A stretch of DNA of 54,866 bases from a virus (IMGVR_UViG_3300033146_003306:1-54866), one strand, 5' to 3'; shown: positions 39,775 through 50,532, counted from the stretch's first letter. Numbers and translations: made by a program. Notes: a model not told the origin generated them from the letters alone.

Positions 39775-39777
39775 TGC

Positions 39778-40146
39778 TTAACCTTCTATTATTTTTTTTG
39801 GTCTTCCTGGCCTAACTCTTTTTATTTTTTTAGTATTATTAATTATAATTTCCTCATATTTTTTTTTAAGACTGATTAGTTCTTTTTCTAACTTTACGGC
39901 TAAGCCCCATGAATCGTTGGCAAATTTTAATAATTCTGTATTGTCAATACTATTTGATTTTTCTGATTCTTCGTTAACATATTTCTTAATAGCTTCTACG
40001 TCGCAAGATTTTCTTACGTTAAACTCAACACCCTCACCGGGGTCTCTTATTTCAAACTCAACTCCTTTTGATCTTCTCTCGAGATAGACATAGCTACCCT
40101 CTTTCATTTCCTTTTTTAATTTGCATTTTAATATTGTTATTTCCAA
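39778..40146 (-). CDS. hypothetical protein
   Basis: TTG start with RBS; C-terminal GRPKK. Confidence 0.55.
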   Translation of the reverse strand: MEITILKCKLKKEMKEGSYVYLERRSKGVEFEIRDPGEGVEFNVRKSCDVEAIKKYVNEESEKSNSIDNTELLKFANDSWGLAVKLEKELISLKKKYEEIIINNTKKIKRVRPGRPKKIIEG

Positions 40147-40164
40147 TTTAAAAATCCTTTATTT

Positions 40165-40202
40165 ATAACAGAGGTGGGTAAACAAACGACCACCTCTGTT
40201 AT
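40165..40202 (-). terminator. 13-bp stem hairpin after major capsid gene
   Basis: ATAACAGAGGTGG-N12-CCACCTCTGTTAT; no U-tract on minus strand, may be a stabiliser or leaky terminator. Confidence 0.5.
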
Positions 40203-40208
40203 TGTTAA

Positions 40209-41387
40209 TTATGCAAGTTCAAACTGAGCGTTGCAAATACCGCAATTCCCGGCCTGCTTAGTTCTGAGCTGTGGAACTTGAATTGTAAGAATGCGATAAC
40301 TTGTATTCATTGCTCCCTGAGTCGCCCACTGAACAGGCATAGCGTCAAAACCGTCAATAATCCTAATAACGTCCGGTCTCTGTGCTACCATACTCATATT
40401 AATAAATTGTCCGGCAGTTGTGGGAGTAATCCTCCCCATTGAATCACAAAACTCAACTGTTAGCTCATTGATCATCCTTATTCTTCCAAGGATAGACAAT
40501 ACGCTTGAAGACTCAGACGACTTGTAATCTGCATCAAGCGGAACTTCAAGATAAGACGGAAGAGTAAGTTTTAAGTCTCCGCTGAAACCTTCTTCAATAA
40601 GAAGTTGTTTCATTGCCATTACATCATCAACTATTTGTTTTCCTGTCGTAGCAGCAGCAAGCCAATTATTAGCTAACGTATACCTTACTGCAGCGTCTTT
40701 AGTGAAAACACCGTCAATGCTGTTTCCTCCATGCGTAAATCTATTTGCTGCTCTTACGGAAGAGTCAGCAAAGTCAAAAGTAAGCTTGTTCGCTTCTGTG
40801 ATCAATCCATTACCAAACAATGTTTGGTTTTCAAGAAACTCTGCATTTGCCCTTGCAAGAAAAGTCATGTTTGTTGTGTCGAGTGGAAGTGCTGAGTTTC
40901 TTGATCCTGCAAGTTGACGAATATCAAGATTAAAACCAGAGCTGATAATAGGAATTGGGATACTGTCTTGTCCAACCTCGAATGTATCTCCCTGATTTTG
41001 GACATTTGCATCCATGCTGATCATTGCCTGTTGTGCATTTGACATATTTTGATGGGTTAGAACAGTGTGCTTTAATGGATCAGGCAAAGAGTACGTAAGG
41101 CCAGCAACCTTAAGGCTTTTTACATAAGAAAGTTCGTGCTGATATGCGGTTATGATGTCTGTATCCATCATCTCCCATTCGTCTTTCGTGAGAGTCGCAT
41201 TGTTCATTGCAGGGACAGCGATGTTTTTAGTTACACCGTCAATCTTTTTATTTGCAGTTATATATGCCTTTCCATTCTGAACATAAGGTCTTAGTGCGTT
41301 TGGGTCAAAGTTGGCAGTAAGAAGCATTTCAGCAATGCCAGAACCTGTTGAAGCTGCACCATCTGCGTTAAATATAATTGGTTCCAT
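40209..41387 (-). CDS. major capsid protein (HK97 fold, encapsulin-like type)
   Basis: ALRPY, NATLTKDEW..D, PIPII..F....RQL..SR...PLD. Confidence 0.88.
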   Translation of the reverse strand: MEPIIFNADGAASTGSGIAEMLLTANFDPNALRPYVQNGKAYITANKKIDGVTKNIAVPAMNNATLTKDEWEMMDTDIITAYQHELSYVKSLKVAGLTYSLPDPLKHTVLTHQNMSNAQQAMISMDANVQNQGDTFEVGQDSIPIPIISSGFNLDIRQLAGSRNSALPLDTTNMTFLARANAEFLENQTLFGNGLITEANKLTFDFADSSVRAANRFTHGGNSIDGVFTKDAAVRYTLANNWLAAATTGKQIVDDVMAMKQLLIEEGFSGDLKLTLPSYLEVPLDADYKSSESSSVLSILGRIRMINELTVEFCDSMGRITPTTAGQFINMSMVAQRPDVIRIIDGFDAMPVQWATQGAMNTSYRILTIQVPQLRTKQAGNCGICNAQFELA

Positions 41388-41419
41388 ATTTTTTTTATTC
41401 CTTTTTATTATTTTATTAG

Positions 41420-41953
41420 TTATGCAACATCACTTAGAACTTTTACAGGAATACATCTTGCAACAATAAGCCCTGTAGTGGTAATATCTGCCGATGGAGC
41501 TTCTTCTACTATAAAGTGGCAAACAGTTGAAAGTTCAAGTGTTCCTGATTTAAAAGTAAGTCCTGTCACTGCTGTTGATGCAACACCTGGCTGATTAACA
41601 AGCTCAACGCCTTTTGCGTAATTTGCAACTGTACCTGCTCCAACTCTAACTGCAACGAGCGTACCGGGTGTAGGCAATCTTGTCATTACCTTTGAGTTTG
41701 TTGTCCATTCATCAAGAACTGTTTTACCTGAAAGATAGTCAAAGTTAGTAAGCTGTGGAGAATAGTAACCACCTTTGTTTGTTGCGTGACCGGAACTAAA
41801 CTTTGATTTATTAACAAGATCAACACACATACCTGGATAGATATCAATGTCTGTCGAACCATAATCAAAATCATCAGCGATCAAATTGTCGCCTGGGCGT
41901 AGAAAAATCGTTTTTATTGCTTTACTTCTGTCTGCTGCTGCGCTATATGCCAT
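41420..41953 (-). CDS. capsid decoration/cement protein
   Basis: between protease and MCP; IYPGM motif. Confidence 0.6.
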   Translation of the reverse strand: MAYSAAADRSKAIKTIFLRPGDNLIADDFDYGSTDIDIYPGMCVDLVNKSKFSSGHATNKGGYYSPQLTNFDYLSGKTVLDEWTTNSKVMTRLPTPGTLVAVRVGAGTVANYAKGVELVNQPGVASTAVTGLTFKSGTLELSTVCHFIVEEAPSADITTTGLIVARCIPVKVLSDVA

Positions 41954-41982
41954 TTTTCAGACTCCTTATTTTATTATTGTAA

Positions 41983-43455
41983 TTATTTTTTTGCCCAGTC
42001 AATTTTTTTAGGCACAAGCACTTCATTGTCTGCAAGTGTAGTCTTTGTTCCTGGAATTTCTGATTTGTCGTCTGCCCCTGCACTCCCTGTCATATCTGTT
42101 GTTGAATTGTCAGTGACGGTAGTTGTGTTTGTCGCTGACATTTTAGAGACAAGCCCTGAAAGTTTATTTAAATGAACAGTGCTCATGCTTTCAAGTTCTT
42201 CTTTTTCAAATAAGCAATCTTCATTTTTGAAAAGATTTTCAATTATTACAGACCTTTCATCTGATTCTTTTTTGAGAAGCCCGTTCAATACCGCCTGAAT
42301 CTCTTCCGGTGCTGTTTTGATAAATTCATTGATTGTCATTTCTGGAATGTCTTCCTTTTTTGTTTCATGTACATTCTGGTTCATTGCAAGTGCTGATTCA
42401 AGCTGTTTTTCATTTAAGCTTAAAAGAAACTCTTCGTCGCTATCGGTAAATGTGTTTGCGGTTGTCTCGATCAGGCTTTTCACCTTCTCTGGACAACAAG
42501 GTTTTACTTTTGCCATCTCGCCACCTTCTTTATTGGTTTTTGGTTTATCAATATCACCTGTGTTTGTCACTGATGTATATTGTGTTGTTTCGGTAACTTG
42601 CTGTGCTTCACCCTCTGTTGCAATAATATCGTTTATGTTTGTGTATGACTGCTTCCATAGCGTTATTACTGGTTCGTTTTCTTGCGACCTTCTTAACTGT
42701 CTTTTATAAACAAAGCAGTTGCCATAAACAGCTCTTATATAATAAACATAACTGTTATCGTCCATAGAGTCAACATACTGTGATAATTGGGTATCTACCT
42801 GTGAGCGGGACAGTTCGTTAAAAACGATATTATGTTTTTTTTCTTTTTTATTGTTTCTTAATCCGCAACCGTCATTCCATGAGCAAGCACCTGTATCATT
42901 TGGGAGCAATGCGAGGTGATCTCCATGCATATTTGTTGCCGATGAATTATATGCAATTCCGTTAAACTCTCCTGGGTTTCCTTGTTCTTCAAATAAAACT
43001 CCGACTGAAACTTCTATGTTCGCATTTTGAGTCGCAATTTTATTATAAAGGTCGGGGAATTTATCTTGAAGTAATTGTTTGTTTATATATGCGTCTGCTT
43101 TTAACGTCTTTGTTTCAGAATCATAAGAACAATTGAAGATATTGCCGACACCAAAATTCTCAATTACCTCCGGCGACCTTGCAGATACGTTGTTTCCTGA
43201 TACATCTGTTGGATGGTTAATTGTAACAGGTGCACCGTCCCAAAACGGCAATGACTGTTCCATTTCATTTGAGGTGTAGAGTATTGGCCCCATACTACCA
43301 GAAAGTACTCCTTCGACAATCATGTTCACCGGTGCAATAATGTAGTCTACTCCGTGAATACTTCCTGACCTTGTTGTCACGTTTTTTGTTGGTGACCTTA
43401 AATTCGTTATTTTTTTCATATTTACCTTTCGTAATCTGGTTTTATTTGCACCCAT
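41983..43455 (-). CDS. DUF2213-type prohead protease/scaffold (true start probably ~43419)
   Basis: PVTINHP, EVSVG, DHLALL....GACSW.DGCG; acidic scaffold C-terminus. Confidence 0.85.
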   Translation of the reverse strand: MGANKTRLRKVNMKKITNLRSPTKNVTTRSGSIHGVDYIIAPVNMIVEGVLSGSMGPILYTSNEMEQSLPFWDGAPVTINHPTDVSGNNVSARSPEVIENFGVGNIFNCSYDSETKTLKADAYINKQLLQDKFPDLYNKIATQNANIEVSVGVLFEEQGNPGEFNGIAYNSSATNMHGDHLALLPNDTGACSWNDGCGLRNNKKEKKHNIVFNELSRSQVDTQLSQYVDSMDDNSYVYYIRAVYGNCFVYKRQLRRSQENEPVITLWKQSYTNINDIIATEGEAQQVTETTQYTSVTNTGDIDKPKTNKEGGEMAKVKPCCPEKVKSLIETTANTFTDSDEEFLLSLNEKQLESALAMNQNVHETKKEDIPEMTINEFIKTAPEEIQAVLNGLLKKESDERSVIIENLFKNEDCLFEKEELESMSTVHLNKLSGLVSKMSATNTTTVTDNSTTDMTGSAGADDKSEIPGTKTTLADNEVLVPKKIDWAKK

Positions 43456-44381
43456 CCATCATAAGGAATATTTAAACTTTCACCTTCGTTGATGCTTGCA
43501 ATATAAGGAATTATTGAGCAACGACAATTAGGCTCACCTATTCTTGTCGTTGCCTTTTGTGTTGTTATTATATCTCCATGCCAATGTCTGTGTTTGCTTC
43601 TGACCCTTTCGTCAAGTGCTGTCCACCACTGAACCATTAAATCATCTGTAATAAGTTTATCTAATTGTTCAAAATTAAGCAATGTAGCGATATTATAGGC
43701 TCTTACAATTTCTGTTCTTGCTATCATCTTCGCTCTTGTAATTCCGATCTTATCAATTCTATTCGCTATGTTTCTTGCTAATTCTAATGGACTTCTTCCT
43801 TCTGCTATTCCCTGAGTTAATACATGGCTTATTTGAGCAGACATAACAGAAGTGATGCCCTTCATTGCTTCAAATTGCCTTATATAAGCTGTTTTTAAAG
43901 CATCTATATGAACACCCATACCCATATATGCGGCGATCGCTGTGTCGGCGGCAGGTAGCTGTAACCCAAAACCCATTTTGATTAAGTCTTGCCTGCTTCT
44001 TTCTAACCCTTTTTGGTAAGCAGTTGTAATATATATACTTGACCACATTTGATTTTCTGGCATAGTAGCCGTCCATACATATTGCATTTCAAATATGTTT
44101 TGTTCTATAAGTAAATTTATGTAATCCATAAAGCCTGATATTTTTTCAGGCGATGATGGATATATGTATTGATTTAATGAAATTACATGACTGTTCTGAA
44201 CAGATAATTGCTGGGTAGCATTAAAATAATTTTCGTTAACAATTTTATTTCTAATTTCTGCAGAAATCTTTCTAAAACGACCTGCGTATTTTGAAGCAAG
44301 TGTTGTTCTTAAAGTTAATGTTAAAGACGGATCACGATCACGCATTGATCCGTCTTTGATTATTTGAACGTTATTTATCAT
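43422..44381 (-). CDS. head morphogenesis protein (SPP1 gp7/Mu gpF-like)
   Basis: RAKMIARTE, WWTALDERVR..H, PNCRC. Confidence 0.9.
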   Translation of the reverse strand: MINNVQIIKDGSMRDRDPSLTLTLRTTLASKYAGRFRKISAEIRNKIVNENYFNATQQLSVQNSHVISLNQYIYPSSPEKISGFMDYINLLIEQNIFEMQYVWTATMPENQMWSSIYITTAYQKGLERSRQDLIKMGFGLQLPAADTAIAAYMGMGVHIDALKTAYIRQFEAMKGITSVMSAQISHVLTQGIAEGRSPLELARNIANRIDKIGITRAKMIARTEIVRAYNIATLLNFEQLDKLITDDLMVQWWTALDERVRSKHRHWHGDIITTQKATTRIGEPNCRCSIIPYIASINEGESLNIPYDGWVQIKPDYER

Positions 44382-44774
44382 TTATTTTACTGCTACCAGT
44401 GCCATTTGAAGTTCGCCTGTTGCGAGCGTTCCTGATACAGTTATTTTAACGCTTCCTGCTGCAACTGGATCATCTGATGGTGTATTAAATAAGCTCGGTT
44501 TAAACGGCCCTAATTGAATCATGGAGCTTACAGCACAAGTATGTGTGTAATCATCAACCGCAACTTCAAGTGCATCTGTTGTTGAAGGAGTTTCTATTGT
44601 TAGAAGAGGTGTATTTGTCGCACTTGTATTATTGACCAGTAGGTAAAAGCTTTTTGTTGGGTTTTCTACATAGACTACGTCTGCGGTTGCAGGTTCAGTC
44701 CACGGCAATGATACACCTGCATTTGCCGCTGTAAAGTCTTTGATATCTGCCAATACTTTTATTATGTCTGCCAT
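44382..44774 (-). CDS. putative virion structural protein
   Basis: beta-rich, LLVNN..GPFKPSLFN. Confidence 0.55.
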   Translation of the reverse strand: MADIIKVLADIKDFTAANAGVSLPWTEPATADVVYVENPTKSFYLLVNNTSATNTPLLTIETPSTTDALEVAVDDYTHTCAVSSMIQLGPFKPSLFNTPSDDPVAAGSVKITVSGTLATGELQMALVAVK

Positions 44775-44804
44775 TTCATCTCCTTGTTATTTATTATTTT
44801 ATTA

Positions 44805-45086
44805 CTATTTAAAAACGTCCCACACACTAAAGTCGAACGTTTCTCCGTAACCTTGCCAGTCAGGCAAAGCTACGTATGCTTGACCTGTATATTTACCCAC
44901 TTCGTCTATGTCGTTTAGAATTGTTGTGTATGTTATTTTTGTTGTTTGTGTCTGCGTACAGTCCCACGTTACTATCGTTCCCGACGGTTTTTTTATTTTT
45001 AATTGCATTGTAGTTGCAGTTGATATATCAGAGCCAGTATCTACTACAAACTCTGTGCCTATGTCACCGTTATATATTTTACTCAT
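44805..45086 (-). CDS. BppU-N-like beta protein
   Basis: KIYNGDIGT..KKPSG..W..ITYTT..DID.VG.Y. Confidence 0.55.
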   Translation of the reverse strand: MSKIYNGDIGTEFVVDTGSDISTATTMQLKIKKPSGTIVTWDCTQTQTTKITYTTILNDIDEVGKYTGQAYVALPDWQGYGETFDFSVWDVFK

Positions 45087-45383
45087 CTGACTCAACCCCC
45101 AAAATACTATTTTCTATTAATGTTGTTTTTACGTAGCTGTCAAAAGCAAGGCTTGTTTTTATATTGCTATTTTCCGCTAACGCTGTTTTTATATTGCTGT
45201 TTTTTGCTTGAGAAATATTTATAAAAGAGCCTGATATTATTTTAGCCATGATGAATGATAAACCTTTTTTGATATAATTGAAAATTTTCTTATTACTTCT
45301 CTTATTCTTGCAACGATTTCAGAAACACTATATCCTTTTGTAATTATTGTTTTTGATGTATACCCTTTTGTAATTACACTCAT
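45079..45383 (-). pseudogene. 10-aa-repeat protein broken at ~45240 (or two tiny ORFs)
   Basis: MSVITKGY..SSWLK* then shifted frame IISGSFINISQAKNSNIKTALAENSNIKTSLAFDSYVKTT. Confidence 0.5.
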
Positions 45384-46000
45384 ACCCTTACCCTTGAAAA
45401 CGCATTTATTGTTGTAGGATTTCCACTTGAATCAAACAAATTAAATCTTGCAATTTCAGTCAAGTTATCAGATTCAAAAAATATCATCTGGTCATTTACG
45501 ATTGTCCATTTTCCACCTTCCATTTTATGAACAAAATCTAATTTAGTACCCCTGTCTTCTTCGCTCCAAACATCGTTTGTAATCGTACTGGATTGTGGCA
45601 GTCCCATTAACTTATCATGTTCTTCACCTGATAGGCCTGATCCTGTCGAGACCTGAACGACCGTGGATGCAGCAGATTGAATAAGCAAGACCTGAACTCC
45701 TGCTGAGTAGGCGACTGGATCGCCTGATACTCCTCCTGTAAGATTTCCCCCAGTAATTGATGCAATATAATTGCCCTCCCAAAACTTGATCTGCCAGTCC
45801 AATAATTGGACGGTGATACCGACGTTGACCTGCCCACCCAATGACTCTTTACCTGATGCGTTTGCGATTTTGTCATAAGTTATTCCTGTTTGAGACGCTT
45901 CATTTGCTCTTATCTCATCAATTAAGTCTTGTATGACAACCTCTGTTTGAGGTGATGTTATATAGATTAAGCGGCTGTCAAAATCAAATTGATATGCCAT
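45380..46000 (-). CDS. putative structural protein
   Basis: 206-aa ORF, translationally coupled. Confidence 0.6.
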   Translation of the reverse strand: MAYQFDFDSRLIYITSPQTEVVIQDLIDEIRANEASQTGITYDKIANASGKESLGGQVNVGITVQLLDWQIKFWEGNYIASITGGNLTGGVSGDPVAYSAGVQVLLIQSAASTVVQVSTGSGLSGEEHDKLMGLPQSSTITNDVWSEEDRGTKLDFVHKMEGGKWTIVNDQMIFFESDNLTEIARFNLFDSSGNPTTINAFSRVRV

Positions 46001-47256
46001 TAAATAGCCACCGTGTCCTCTATCTGTGACACATACATGTTTAAGCCTGATGCTGTTATTACCCCCAGCATTCTAAAAGGAAGATACTTGACAGGAGTAC
46101 TTGACTCTCTAACTTTTAAAATAACGTTGACATCGGATGTGTAATTGTAGGTCTTGGTAATAGTTCCCGTTGAGTCAACTATTGCAGGTGCTATAATGAC
46201 TGTGCCGTCCGTTTCCTCTAATGTCATTGCGCTTCCTTCTATCATATTCTCTATATTTATATTGACTATTGCTACGGGGACATACCCTGTATCGTACTCA
46301 AACGCTCCTATATCGTAATAGGTGTCTCTATAGACACCTATTATATCAGTGTTTGGTGCATTATATAGTTTTGTACCAACGTCCCTCGCATTTGATGTTG
46401 ACGGAATAGAATAGTCGTCATTTGTGTAATCAGTGAATACATCTCCCGACACTTGATTTATTATGCCATTGTTCCCTGATGCAGTGGCATCAGAAGACAA
46501 GCATCTGTACTTTACACATCCGTAAAAATCATATGCGTTGTTGTCCATTGATACGCAATTAATAGCTTTTCCGTATGTTGAGTTATCGTATATTCCACTT
46601 CTATAACCATTGCCTGATATATTGCACCCATAAACAGTGTTGTTTATATGATTGTTGGACTTTGCCAAGTTTCCATTGGCTCTAATGCCACACTCGTACA
46701 TATCATAAACAAGGTTGTTAATAGTTGTTATGCCCCCATTTCCTGACGCAGAACCGTGATATATTCCGTTTTTTCCACCCCCTGTAATAATTGAATTTTG
46801 TATTGTCATAAAACTTGCATATCCATATAAAGATATTGCATCGTATGCGATATCACTACTGCTCACCTGTATTCCATCTATAACCACATAATTTTCACGT
46901 ACATTTATTGCGTGAGACGCTGATGTATTGACTATTCTGTATGCAGTATTAGTCCATGTTCCAGAATGTCTTGCTACTCCTACTGCGGTAATAGTAATCC
47001 AATTCAAATAGCTATTGTTCCAACCATTAAGAGATAAAATTACATCTTGCGTAGCCCATGTGCCTAATATTTCACATGTAACAGGCTCGCCAATGTCACC
47101 TGCTTCATTGTCATCCCATAATTGCAACGACGCATATCTGGATATGTAATACGCATCCCTTTCTGTAGTTGTTGTTATGACTGTTCCGTCAGATGTCGTC
47201 CAGGAAGCGGCGTTCCAAAAAGAATCATCTTGACAAACTGCGTAATATTTTGTCAT
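46000..47256 (-). CDS. right-handed beta-helix protein
   Basis: Asn/Gly repeats NNLVY, NNTVYG; C-terminal DIGAFEY. Confidence 0.7.
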   Translation of the reverse strand: MTKYYAVCQDDSFWNAASWTTSDGTVITTTTERDAYYISRYASLQLWDDNEAGDIGEPVTCEILGTWATQDVILSLNGWNNSYLNWITITAVGVARHSGTWTNTAYRIVNTSASHAINVRENYVVIDGIQVSSSDIAYDAISLYGYASFMTIQNSIITGGGKNGIYHGSASGNGGITTINNLVYDMYECGIRANGNLAKSNNHINNTVYGCNISGNGYRSGIYDNSTYGKAINCVSMDNNAYDFYGCVKYRCLSSDATASGNNGIINQVSGDVFTDYTNDDYSIPSTSNARDVGTKLYNAPNTDIIGVYRDTYYDIGAFEYDTGYVPVAIVNINIENMIEGSAMTLEETDGTVIIAPAIVDSTGTITKTYNYTSDVNVILKVRESSTPVKYLPFRMLGVITASGLNMYVSQIEDTVAI

Positions 47257-47269
47257 TTCTTTTTGCCTT

Positions 47270-48637
47270 TTATGTTACCACGGTATCTTCTGTCCTGATT
47301 GCAGAAACAGACAACCCCGACGACGAAATAGTTGTCTCCACTTCAAACGGGAGTATCTTGTATGCCCTCACAACCACCTTAACAGGAACGGATGTTGAGT
47401 ATGTTATTGATGTCGATACACTTATACCCGTTGACTCTTCATCTATAAAAGGGACATACGAGCTTTCCCCTCCTACATAAGCAACGCCAAGGGTCGCAGG
47501 GACTGTAAATACTGAGCCTGTGAAAGATGTATATATATGCCTATTGTCACCGACTCTAACAACGCCGTCCGGGGGGGTGTCTGATGTTATTGTGGTATTT
47601 ACTGTTAAGGTGGTGTCTGTAGATAAGTGCGCTCCTGAAACCGTATACTCTGTTTTATTTATTGTTCCTCCTACCCCTGTAAGCCTGTAAACGCCAACTC
47701 TATCTTCCGCTAAAAGAGAGGAAACAGAAATAGGAACGGTAACCGGTGGGGCTTGTGTAGTTCCTGTAGCATCTATTAATTGGAAGTTATTTGCGTCGCC
47801 TGCGTCATAATTTGTTATCCACACACCCCTTGCTCCAAAAAAAGTTCCACCTGCATACAGCCCAAATGGAGCCGCTTTTACTTCTGAATATGATGTATTC
47901 GCAGAAACATAAGCATATGAATTTATTGTATTTAGTGTTCCTGTTGATGATGCGTATGTTTTGTATTTTAGCCATTCGTATACATTAGATAAAACCTCTC
48001 CGCCGCAATCTATTTCTACATCGTAATTTACAAATCCGTTTCCATTTCCTATATCTCTTGAAATTGTTCCAAAAGTTATTGTTAGGCCTGATAGTGCTTC
48101 TATTGTTGTGACTGATGTTGAATTGTTGATATCACTTTCTGTCGCCAGAGGAACAGGGTTTCTTCCACCTGTTGCCGGGGGCGTAATAGAAAGATTATCA
48201 AACTTATCTCCCCATTCTCTCGCAAAAATAGTCAAATCCCTGTTATCTATGTCAACCCCTGCGGCAGTCACCTTAACAAGTATATCTATGTGTCCGTCTG
48301 CCCAAAAATCAGTTATTTTTGATCCGTTTTGCACAACATACATATGAGTACCTGTCTCGATAGCCCCCAGTGTGTATATATTCGCCCACACATCGTTACC
48401 GCCTGTTTTATTCACAATGACTGACCCGCCAGATAAAAACTGAACGGATGTGTCATTTAGAAATTCCCAACCGTATATAAGCTCGTACTCATCAGGAGTG
48501 TTGTACTTAATAGGTTCGTCGTCGTCCATTTGAACTTGTTCGTAAAAAGTGCCCATCAACGAAGAGTAAAAAGCAACCATGCTGTATGCAGACGTTACTT
48601 CTATTGTTTTGTTTGTGTAATCAAGGTTTATTGCCAT
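47270..48637 (-). CDS. putative structural protein
   Basis: 455 aa, Thr/Gly beta-rich, APFG..AGGTFFGARGVWI. Confidence 0.6.
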   Translation of the reverse strand: MAINLDYTNKTIEVTSAYSMVAFYSSLMGTFYEQVQMDDDEPIKYNTPDEYELIYGWEFLNDTSVQFLSGGSVIVNKTGGNDVWANIYTLGAIETGTHMYVVQNGSKITDFWADGHIDILVKVTAAGVDIDNRDLTIFAREWGDKFDNLSITPPATGGRNPVPLATESDINNSTSVTTIEALSGLTITFGTISRDIGNGNGFVNYDVEIDCGGEVLSNVYEWLKYKTYASSTGTLNTINSYAYVSANTSYSEVKAAPFGLYAGGTFFGARGVWITNYDAGDANNFQLIDATGTTQAPPVTVPISVSSLLAEDRVGVYRLTGVGGTINKTEYTVSGAHLSTDTTLTVNTTITSDTPPDGVVRVGDNRHIYTSFTGSVFTVPATLGVAYVGGESSYVPFIDEESTGISVSTSITYSTSVPVKVVVRAYKILPFEVETTISSSGLSVSAIRTEDTVVT

Positions 48638-48648
48638 TTGTTCACCTC

Positions 48649-49014
48649 TTAGTCACCTTGCGTAATAGTGGTTGTAGTAGTTGTAACAATTGTCGCTGAA
48701 CAAGAGTTTATTAAAACAGAACTTACGGCAGAAGGAACAGGCATAGAGCTGACCTCATCAGAGAAACCAGACGAGTTCCCACATTCATTAAATGCCTTGA
48801 CAGCGAAAAAGTTTTGTTTATCGCTTACGTTTTCTGCTGTATACTGAGCGCCTGTTATATTTTCGCTATTATTTGTGTAATTGAGAGACTCTTCCCCCCA
48901 ATAAACAACATAGTAATCAGCGTCAGGGTTTACGTCCCACGACAAAGACACCTCCATTGCAGATACGTAAGTTGAAACTAAAAGTAATATTGTAATAAGT
49001 AATAATTTTTTCAT
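48649..49014 (-). CDS. secreted fibronectin type III domain protein
   Basis: Sec signal peptide, then LSWD..DYYVVYWG..FAVKAFN..GNSSGFSDEV. Confidence 0.8.
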   Translation of the reverse strand: MKKLLLITILLLVSTYVSAMEVSLSWDVNPDADYYVVYWGEESLNYTNNSENITGAQYTAENVSDKQNFFAVKAFNECGNSSGFSDEVSSMPVPSAVSSVLINSCSATIVTTTTTTITQGD

Positions 49015-49069
49015 GTTTTGTTCCTTTTATTGTTTTATTTATTTTGTTTGTTTTTTTGTTTGTTTTTAA

Positions 49070-50368
49070 TTATCTCCAAAAATAAGCAATTATTCGTGCG
49101 TTTGTTATTACTATGTTGCTTGCGTATGTATCGTCTGGATTACCGGACGTGGCATCCCTGAAAAGGCTCCCATAAATAGTATCTCCCGGTAACGCATCTT
49201 GCACATATATCTCAAATATACTTGTCTGTCTGTGGAAGCGTTGGTTGTTTAACGTCGTTATGTTTGTTTGTGTAACGGCAGGTAACGCCGTTCCGTCATA
49301 TATAAAATCAGAGTCACATACAGTCGCTGAAAGTTCCAATTCAACATCACCCGCCCCCGTTGATTTTCCGTACCAATCAACTATTAACTGAATAGGTATG
49401 GATGTGTCTATACCTACAGGAAGAACTCCCATCAATACATTGCCGTCTTGCGCTCCGTTTGCGAACTCATTGTCTGTTTTTAGCACTGTGACACCAGGAG
49501 AGATAAGTATATTTTCATTAGGCGGGTTCTTAAGTGCATTTGCTTTTATTTCTGTATAAATAGACTTTTGATATCTTGCACCTGCAAAGTATTCTGTCAC
49601 TCCGTCTGCATTTATTTCAAATCTTGCTGTGTGCATCTTGATTTGTTCAATCATAGGGTCGGTAACGATATCGTTGATCACTCTAAATCTTGACCAATAC
49701 CTTTCTTGATCAACACCGTTTATATTTAACGTTATTTTTTGCCATGTATCGGCAGTGTAAGCCCTATTAAATCCAAACCTCCATTGTTCAGAACCTACAA
49801 CAGAAGCAATAACTCTACCTCTTTGCTCATACGGTCTGTCTGCTCCCACTGACATATATTTTGACTGATACCATATGTCTCCCGTTGTTATGAACTCACC
49901 TATAATGTCGTCCGAGTTCATATCTCCTGCTACGGCTATTTTTGCCTTTATCCCTCCGTGTTTATAGTCTGTTCCTATTAAGATATAGTTTCCGGCAGAT
50001 ACACCATTAAACAGACCTGCCGTAGACCCTGTATCGGATTTAAATATAGCTGTTCTGTCTATAGCATTTGTTATTGTCGTTCCTGTTGTATCTGTTTCTG
50101 TACAATGATATGCAACGGGAACAGGATAAGAATCGCCCTCACCAAAGACAGACTCTTTCCCTAATTCTTTTGTTCCTACAGAAAACTGCTCAGTAACAAC
50201 GAGGCCTTTGTCGTCTCCTTCTGCTGTGACTTCGATAAAAGGAGTCTTTGAATATTCTTTTATCGCATCAGGAGAAAAATTCCTTGTTGTTCCGTCTGAT
50301 TCTGTACCGAGTATCTTATCACCTGAATCAATTGGCGACTTTAGCGGATATGTTGATGCTTGTGGCAT
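49070..50368 (-). CDS. putative structural/fibre protein
   Basis: 432 aa beta-rich. Confidence 0.55.
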   Translation of the reverse strand: MPQASTYPLKSPIDSGDKILGTESDGTTRNFSPDAIKEYSKTPFIEVTAEGDDKGLVVTEQFSVGTKELGKESVFGEGDSYPVPVAYHCTETDTTGTTITNAIDRTAIFKSDTGSTAGLFNGVSAGNYILIGTDYKHGGIKAKIAVAGDMNSDDIIGEFITTGDIWYQSKYMSVGADRPYEQRGRVIASVVGSEQWRFGFNRAYTADTWQKITLNINGVDQERYWSRFRVINDIVTDPMIEQIKMHTARFEINADGVTEYFAGARYQKSIYTEIKANALKNPPNENILISPGVTVLKTDNEFANGAQDGNVLMGVLPVGIDTSIPIQLIVDWYGKSTGAGDVELELSATVCDSDFIYDGTALPAVTQTNITTLNNQRFHRQTSIFEIYVQDALPGDTIYGSLFRDATSGNPDDTYASNIVITNARIIAYFWR

Positions 50369-50382
50369 TTATATATTTCCTT

Positions 50383-50532
50383 TTATTCGGTTATCGGCAA
50401 ATCGTTATTATCTGTTATCGCCAGATCGTTATTATCAAGAATGTTTAAATTGGTATGTCTATGAAAAAACGGTCTATCAAACTGAACCCTTAGCACTCTG
50501 TATAAAAGTAACTCTAACATTTTACCATCCAT
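50383..50532 (-). CDS. small protein with DNNDLxIT repeat
   Basis: TAATG-coupled start; 24-bp tandem duplication. Confidence 0.4.
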   Translation of the reverse strand: MDGKMLELLLYRVLRVQFDRPFFHRHTNLNILDNNDLAITDNNDLPITE

